From Nitrosopumilus sp. (GTDB lineage Archaea; Thermoproteota; Nitrososphaeria; Nitrososphaerales; Nitrosopumilaceae): a stretch of DNA of 64,000 nucleotides. A model generated the notes under the pieces. It was not told where the DNA came from. It did not search any database and saw nothing but the letters and a program-made list of their open reading frames with translations. Positions 57,910-64,000 of the stretch are shown in pieces. The position numbers and the translations under genes were made by a program. Position 1 is the first letter of the stretch; every line of letters starts with the position of its first letter. The stretch covers positions 128,001 to 192,000 of the forward strand of contig OZ244651.1 of the NCBI GenBank assembly GCA_965218695.1, written 5' to 3'.

Positions 57910-60120
57910 CTATCTAGATCCTATCTGGTATGTGGTCTCTGCAGATCCGAAATGGTCATTGGCCTTTATGGTGTATACGCCGGGTTCTAGGTCTGATGGA
58001 ATGATCCATGGGGTGCTGGCTTCCCCTGAATCTGTGGATACGATCTCCAGCATATCTATGACGTCGCCGTCACTTGAGGTTATTGTTATGATTACCTGGT
58101 TCCCGCTGCTGCCTGCAACCTTGATATCGAGCGCTCCTGAAATTCCCTCCCATGGGATTACCTGTATCGACATTCCATCCTTGGCCGGCGCAAATACGTC
58201 GATGTCTATGGTGTCAAAGTTGGCACCGCTTCTTGCAGTGATGGTCCATGTGCCGAGTGCCGCATTGGGCGGAATTCTGAAGGTGGACTCTGTTATCTTT
58301 CCCTCCATGTCCGAGTACGTCTCCTTGACCCTGATCACGTCCCCTTCGGGGTTCCTCAGTATGAGATCTAGCAGGATGTTGGGAGACGCCTCACCCAGTA
58401 TCAGCATCTGGTCGTCTGGTTCATAGTCGGGTTTTGTGGTCTTGATTTCAATCTTTTCGGTTCCCGTATCCAGTCCTACCGAGAACATCTCCTCGTTTGC
58501 TGAAGTCCCCCTATTGACGATTGCAGTATATATTCCTGGGACGTAGCCTGACAGATCAAGCAGGTACGTCTGTTTTCCGTCTACCTGCAGTGTTATTGAT
58601 GTTGCATTGTTTTTGGGTTTGTTAAACGGATCAATTATGAGCAGACTGACGATATCGGACGCATCTCCGCTCAATGTAATTATTGCAGTATCATCTGGAC
58701 TGTAGTTTAGCTCATCAAACTGCAAGTTGACTGGAATCTCGGGCAGCTGTCCAAGTCCTGCATAGATGAGCTCTATTTCAACGCCCTGTGTTGCAATAAG
58801 CGTGTATGTCCCCACCGGCGAGTTCCGCGTGGTTTCATAGATGAGGTCTATTCTGCCATCCTTGTCTGTACGCAGTTCATCTGAGAGTAGCTCGTTTCCA
58901 AACGGATCCTCCAGAATCATCCTGATTGCCGTGTCTGGCAACGCTGTTCCGTTAAAGACAATGGCATCGCCGCGGTCAAATTTTAACATGGGGGTGGATA
59001 TCATGATGACCTGATTTGATTCCACCGTCATCTGTCTCTGTATATTCTCCCGTCCGTCGCTGACTGTTATGCTGAATTTGCCAAACGGTGCATCCAGCGG
59101 CACGATGATAGGCTCGTCCAGACTCCAGTCACCCCTTGAATCAATCTCGGCTGTTCGGGAGTTTGTTATTGCGCCATTCGGGGCTCTCATTTCAACTGTT
59201 ACGGCGTTGCCAGGATTTCCAGTACCTGACAGGTCCAGGGGAGTTCCCCTGTGTGCCACTCTTGGGATTCCATCAATTCCCAAATCTATGTTATCTGATA
59301 CGGGAATATTGACTGGTGTCTCCCCTATCCTTATACTGATCTCCTTTTCTTGACCATCTTCTGCTATGACTGCAAACACCATCCTGCCTGGTTCGATATT
59401 GCCTGGTATGTTCATCGTGGTGACGAATTTGCCTTTCTCATCTGTAGTAAAACTACCTGCCTCTGCTGTATCTATGTAAAAGTTAAATTCCCTGTCTGCC
59501 CCAAAACCGTCTCCGACTACCCTGATAGTTGATCCCACGTTGGGCCTATCTGGAATTATCCTAAAGACTGATCCTGGCAGTACGCTTGGCTCATCCTCTT
59601 TTGGAGGTATCACATCTGGAGGACAGTCTGGATGTATCACCCCTGGGGAATCACAGTCTGGTGGCGGCTGTTCATTGGAAATCTCTCCGGCAAACGTCTT
59701 GTCTATGTCTATCTGGTTGCCGTCTGCATCCAGTGCCCTCCAGTTGATTCCAGAGGAACTCGAATCCATCTTTACCCCGAATTTTACAGACTCCCCTGGC
59801 ATGAGCGGCGTCGCTGATGTAAATATCAGCACTCCTTGGGCGGTTCTCTCACCTGTCCAGCCACTTTCTGCCTTGAATGACTGGAATGTGACGCCGGTAC
59901 TGGGCCAGATTCTGACCAGTTCCATGTCCACTTCTGACTCGTTAGTAAACTCTATGATTGTGGTTCCCTCCAACGCTATGCTACTGACGTCGATTCCCTC
60001 TGCATGCGCCTCGGGCGTATATGCAACAGGTGTAGCTACAAGTACTGCTACAAGTACTGCTACAAGCACAGCAAACGAAAGGAAAACCCTTCCTGATGGG
60101 GTTCTGTGCATTGACTTCAA
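57910..60120 (-). CDS. Secreted multi-Ig-like surface protein
   Basis: Signal peptide and repeated beta-sandwich motifs (P.....G.Y/WTI.A). Confidence 0.82.
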   Translation of the reverse strand: MKSMHRTPSGRVFLSFAVLVAVLVAVLVATPVAYTPEAHAEGIDVSSIALEGTTIIEFTNESEVDMELVRIWPSTGVTFQSFKAESGWTGERTAQGVLIFTSATPLMPGESVKFGVKMDSSSSGINWRALDADGNQIDIDKTFAGEISNEQPPPDCDSPGVIHPDCPPDVIPPKEDEPSVLPGSVFRIIPDRPNVGSTIRVVGDGFGADREFNFYIDTAEAGSFTTDEKGKFVTTMNIPGNIEPGRMVFAVIAEDGQEKEISIRIGETPVNIPVSDNIDLGIDGIPRVAHRGTPLDLSGTGNPGNAVTVEMRAPNGAITNSRTAEIDSRGDWSLDEPIIVPLDAPFGKFSITVSDGRENIQRQMTVESNQVIMISTPMLKFDRGDAIVFNGTALPDTAIRMILEDPFGNELLSDELRTDKDGRIDLIYETTRNSPVGTYTLIATQGVEIELIYAGLGQLPEIPVNLQFDELNYSPDDTAIITLSGDASDIVSLLIIDPFNKPKNNATSITLQVDGKQTYLLDLSGYVPGIYTAIVNRGTSANEEMFSVGLDTGTEKIEIKTTKPDYEPDDQMLILGEASPNILLDLILRNPEGDVIRVKETYSDMEGKITESTFRIPPNAALGTWTITARSGANFDTIDIDVFAPAKDGMSIQVIPWEGISGALDIKVAGSSGNQVIITITSSDGDVIDMLEIVSTDSGEASTPWIIPSDLEPGVYTIKANDHFGSAETTYQIGSR

Positions 60121-60282
60121 GTTCTTGATCTCTCACTTAAACCTTAAAGAACTTTTACCGTCACACCCAAGTCCATGCTCAGGCTCTGATCAGAGACAAG
60201 CATGAATTCTGACATGACCGCATATGTCCGTACCTGCATTTTTTCCCTGATATGTTGCTGTGAGGTGCCGTATCCACTTGTC

Positions 60283-62376
60283 TCAGCGACTGGATCTCGT
60301 GTCTTTATAATTGGGAGCCGGAGTGGTATTCTGATACTGCCTGATTCTCTCTGCAATAAGCCTGTACAACGATCTGAACTGATCCTTGGTTTTGTCCGAG
60401 AGGAAGCCGGTCTCACCCAACGTGATCTTTTCACAGACGTATCTTGTGATGTCCTCATTGTCAAACACTCCCCAGCCGTCGTCTGCATGCTCCTCCCAGA
60501 CAGTTCTCAGCTTGTCCAGTATCCCCCTTCCATTCTTTGGCATGACGTCTTGGGCAGTGATGTTTGCAAACCCCTCGTTTCTCAGTTTTATCTCATATGT
60601 CTGGTTTACCGGATACATGTAATCCTCAGGTACGATATAGTCCTCTATCGACTCCAACTTGCTTCCGTTCATCTCAAAGATGATCGTCTGTACCGGTGAA
60701 AAGCCGTTGGAATTCAAATGTGTCGAGATCTGCTTGGATTCGTCCGTGTTGTCCAGCAGGATAAACGTCTTGTATCCGTGGTTTCTGTAAAATATTGCCA
60801 GAGGAAGGACGGCGTTCTTGTTGTATGCAGCTACAACGTTGAGCGGATTCATTGATATGTTTGGATCCTGAAGGAACTTGTCAAATGCGTTGAGATACAT
60901 CGCATCAGACATCGTCTCCACTATGATTACCGGTCGTGAGTTTGTTCCAATCTCCCTGTCCACTATGGATTCAACTTGGCCCCTTGAGAGTCCATAGAGG
61001 ATAGGCGTCAGCGTCTTGTCATCTGCATTCCAATAATCATAAAAGATCCTGCTGAGGTGCTTTCTCTTGTCCAGCTCCACTACAAGCAGGTTTCCCGGCG
61101 TGTAGTCAAATATCATGAACGGTGAGTGGGTTGCATACAGAACCTGGTTGGATCCGGCAAGGTTCTTGAGCAGGTTCGAGATACCCATCTGCTGTGTGGG
61201 GTGGAGGTTTCTTGCAGGCTCGTCTAGCAGCAATAACGCCTCCTTCAGCTCCGCTCTCTGAGTTTCGGCTGCAAAGTTGACAATAAATGAAAACGTCCAC
61301 TTGAAGCCTTCGGCCCTCCTGTTGAGTAGTCCTGTGTTTGTAATTGTTCCATCCTTGTGTACATCTGAAATTACCACACTCATGATGTTTCCCGGATTGT
61401 ATCTTAGATCCACATGGATTGGTTCTCCCTTCCATGCAGGATTCAACTTGCTAGTCAGTCTGTTGCCTGCCATGTTGAGAAGCTTTATGCATTTTGACGG
61501 GTTGTTCTTTACTGTCTCAAGCTCATCTATGTTGAGCTCTGCAAGATAAAAGAGGTTTCTTACAGTTTCAGCCCTGTCAAACTCCTCCATGATCTCGATG
61601 GAATTGGTCTTCTGATTGCTCTCTTCCCTGATAAACTCGTTAAGGTTGATGCTGCCGTAGATCTTTTTGTAGTCTGAAAAGTAGACAAATCTTGGATGCA
61701 TCTCTGATTCGATAAAATTCTGCATGGCAGTCTTTTCGCTGTTGCCGCTAAGCAGACTGGCAAACTGGTTTTCAGGACTATTGCAGATCTCCTCCCACTT
61801 CTCAATGACCTTTGGTTCCTGAACTGCTATCACCTGAAAATGGTTGCTAAACTCTGCCAACTCCCCTTCAAACGCCTCCTGGTTCTTTGGAATAGGCCCG
61901 TCAAAGAATTTTGTATCTATCTGTATTCTCAGATGGTTTGGAATCGTATCCAGAAACTCGATAACCTGTTTTGTAAAGTTCTCCCACGAGTTAATAGTGT
62001 CGCTATCCCCGTCGTCCAACTCGATCTCATCAAACTTGTATTGAACCTTCGATCTTCTGTTTGTCCTGAACAGTCTGATCTTTTTTATCTCCGGAATTCC
62101 CGGAAACTTTTCCCTGATTAGGGCCGTTTCACGCCGATTCAGCTCAAACTTACCTTCGACTAGCTTGACCTCGTCTTTGAGCTCTTCACTCATCTCATCG
62201 CAAAGATCCAGTTCTGATACCTGTTCGTCTTTGTTTAGCAATGTCAATGCCTGAAGGATGGTCGTCTTGCCACTCTCGTTTCTGCCAACAAAGGCTGCCA
62301 AATCCCCAACTGTTATCTCTCCAGAGTCATGAATGCAACGATATGCCCTGACTCTAAATTTTCTGAGTCGCATCAA
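60283..62376 (-). CDS. OLD-family ABC ATPase with C-terminal TOPRIM-like domain
   Basis: Walker A GRNESGKTT, Walker B LLLLDEP, ATHSP, IIVET.SD, LLD..D. Confidence 0.85.
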   Translation of the reverse strand: MMRLRKFRVRAYRCIHDSGEITVGDLAAFVGRNESGKTTILQALTLLNKDEQVSELDLCDEMSEELKDEVKLVEGKFELNRRETALIREKFPGIPEIKKIRLFRTNRRSKVQYKFDEIELDDGDSDTINSWENFTKQVIEFLDTIPNHLRIQIDTKFFDGPIPKNQEAFEGELAEFSNHFQVIAVQEPKVIEKWEEICNSPENQFASLLSGNSEKTAMQNFIESEMHPRFVYFSDYKKIYGSINLNEFIREESNQKTNSIEIMEEFDRAETVRNLFYLAELNIDELETVKNNPSKCIKLLNMAGNRLTSKLNPAWKGEPIHVDLRYNPGNIMSVVISDVHKDGTITNTGLLNRRAEGFKWTFSFIVNFAAETQRAELKEALLLLDEPARNLHPTQQMGISNLLKNLAGSNQVLYATHSPFMIFDYTPGNLLVVELDKRKHLSRIFYDYWNADDKTLTPILYGLSRGQVESIVDREIGTNSRPVIIVETMSDAMYLNAFDKFLQDPNISMNPLNVVAAYNKNAVLPLAIFYRNHGYKTFILLDNTDESKQISTHLNSNGFSPVQTIIFEMNGSKLESIEDYIVPEDYMYPVNQTYEIKLRNEGFANITAQDVMPKNGRGILDKLRTVWEEHADDGWGVFDNEDITRYVCEKITLGETGFLSDKTKDQFRSLYRLIAERIRQYQNTTPAPNYKDTRSSR

Positions 62377-62422
62377 GCCATATTTAGTTGGCTACGATTT
62401 AACTTATTCGACGTTTGATTTG

Positions 62423-63557
62423 CTACGTTGTACAAAAAGTAGTTCCTCCCCTAGCCAATGGAGCCGGCGTGTTTGGAAGCAAGATCAGCCTGGTGTTGAG
62501 TGGAAGCAAGGGTGTGTGGGCAAGAACGATGTACTCCAATCGGTGGCGGCATATGGGAACCCGGAGAGTACGCATCATGAAAAAGCTGGACGAATCGAAG
62601 GTAAGGTGGATACTTTCGGAGAAGGACAAGGGATCCACCAATTCATGCATCTCCAAGGCCATGGGTGTGTCGCCGCGGTGGATAAGGAGGCTGTATTCCA
62701 GGTACAGGGGACAGGAACGCAGCAGCGTGGCATATCCGATGCACATGGGCAGGCCCGCATGCGGCCTTCCCGGCCGGAAGGAACACTCTGCGGTACTGTG
62801 CGCCAAGGGCAATGACCATGTTGGGGCCGTACGCCTGCACGGGCGCATAAGGGACGTCACCGGAATAAATATTCCATACAACCGCATACACATGGTATTG
62901 CGTGACGAGGATCTGGCTGCCAGACAGCCCAACAAGAGCAAGCGCCGCAAGTGGATCCGCTTTGAGCGCACCTACTCCAACTCGATGTGGCACACCGACT
63001 ACAAGCTGCTTGACGACGGCAGGTGGTTCCTGTGCTACGAGGACGACGCCTCGCGGTTCGTGACTGCGTACGGCACGTTTGAGCGCGCAACGGCAGAAAA
63101 CGCCCTGTCGGTATTGGACGAGGCGATAAGAAACCACGGCAAGCCTGCATCCATAATGACTGACCGCGGATCCCAGTTCTACGCCACCGCATCAGAGGCA
63201 AAGAAAAAGGGTGCATCCGAGTTCGAAAAGAGGCTGGCAGAGCTTGGTATCAAGCAGATTCTGGCAGGCGTGAGGCACCCGCAGACCAACGGCAAGCTGG
63301 AGAGGCTGCACGGGGAGATCCAGCAGAAGCTGCCCGAATTTGAGGCGATAATGATGCGCAAGAGCGACCCGGTGGACCTCTTCATGCAGTGGTACAATTA
63401 CGACAGACCGCACATGTCACTTGGCCTAGACGGGGAGGAGACGCCAGCCCAGGCGTTTGTGCGCAAGATGCCACCCAAAGGAGAGATAGTAATAGACGAG
63501 CAGACAGGGGAGGAGTATCATGTGGAGTAAGGGAGGAACTACTTTTCGTATTCCACA
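62423..63557 (+). mobile_element. IS481 family element
   Basis: Inverted repeat core AAAAGTAGTTCCTCCC / GGGAGGAACTACTTTT; right end ...CACA. 12-bp direct repeat ACGTTTGATTTG at 62411-62422 and 63558-63569. Confidence 0.85.
62577..63530 (+). CDS. IS481 integrase-core (rve) transposase
   Basis: HTH, WHTDYK, DDASR, TDRGSQF, PQTNGKLER, YN..RPH.SL. Confidence 0.93.
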   Translation: MKKLDESKVRWILSEKDKGSTNSCISKAMGVSPRWIRRLYSRYRGQERSSVAYPMHMGRPACGLPGRKEHSAVLCAKGNDHVGAVRLHGRIRDVTGINIPYNRIHMVLRDEDLAARQPNKSKRRKWIRFERTYSNSMWHTDYKLLDDGRWFLCYEDDASRFVTAYGTFERATAENALSVLDEAIRNHGKPASIMTDRGSQFYATASEAKKKGASEFEKRLAELGIKQILAGVRHPQTNGKLERLHGEIQQKLPEFEAIMMRKSDPVDLFMQWYNYDRPHMSLGLDGEETPAQAFVRKMPPKGEIVIDEQTGEEYHVE

Positions 63558-63673
63558 ACGTTTGATTTGTTCCTGAACCCGGCTTCCTACAACCGTGTAT
63601 CCTAGTCGTCCCAAAAACCAGGCATGGTTTTGCCGAGTCGATCCCATTTCTGCCTGGATCCATTCTGAACTAG

Positions 63674-63961
63674 TGGTGACACCACGCTAACAAGAATGCT
63701 GCGGCGAACATCTTAGCTAGCGTACGTCTCCACTTGGCGGCTGACGGCCAAACCCGATTCGTCGGAGGCATCATTGCGGATGTCTCAGTCGTCACAAGAC
63801 GTAAGGATCACGGTTCGGTTGCAGACATGCAACCGGCAGGTCGGCTAGAACCCGGCAGAGACGATGACAGTGCAGGCTGCAAGCGCTTGGAAGGGCTGGC
63901 AGGCAGGGTCAAGGAATCGCTGAGCCACTCCAAATACCTCAAGCTGGACGAGACCCCGTAG
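63674..63961 (+). pseudogene. Chimeric remnant: TnpB C-terminus and omegaRNA 5' part joined to an IS66 transposase fragment
   Basis: W*HHANKNAAANIL...GGIIADVSVVTRRKDHGS aligns to 1725-1875. The following ...VKESLSHSKYLKLDETP resembles the IS66 xDET/DES region. Confidence 0.7.
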
Positions 63962-64000
63962 TAATCGGATTAAAGATCCGGAAAAACCGATCTCGGGGCT

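Noticed and set aside
60030-60072. 12-bp repeat (VAVL x3) in the signal peptide of the surface protein
   Set aside because: A short in-frame low-complexity expansion with no phase-variation potential.

Overview
This is an archaeal chromosome segment, most likely from Nitrosopumilaceae (Thaumarchaeota/Nitrososphaerota). The gene set points that way: a CFI-box-CTERM surface protein, a cupredoxin, short ValS, a ThiS-Cgi121 fusion, a histone and Topo VI. The moderate GC content, dense IS load and multi-domain solute-binding protein suggest a sponge-symbiont-type lineage (inference). The backbone is housekeeping: pheT end, acnA, pdxST, valS, purB, rtcB, rps11, thiL, a phosphomannomutase, sua5, THUMP, rps17e, tatD, purA, pyrF, uppS, aIF2-beta, rio1, top6BA, mtnP, apt, and tRNA-Trp (two introns), tRNA-Thr and tRNA-Cys. 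Four IS elements with visible TIRs and target duplications interrupt it: two IS66 (ISBst12-like), one ISH3 and one IS481. The most striking signal is a TnpB (RNA-guided nuclease) element family bounded by about 25-bp terminal inverted repeats and a TA duplication at TCTA sites, an IS630/mariner-like end architecture rather than IS200/IS605 or IS607 ends. It occurs as a full-length pseudogenised copy (520-2025), a 273-bp MITE keeping only the left end/promoter and the putative omegaRNA scaffold (37117-37389), and a decayed third fragment (about 63674-63870). Also notable are a histone-H1-like Lys-rich repeat tail on Top6A, acidic tandem-repeat tails on uS11 and eS17, and a candidate structured ncRNA at about 2417-2585. 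All calls come from motif recognition by eye; no database searches were run.
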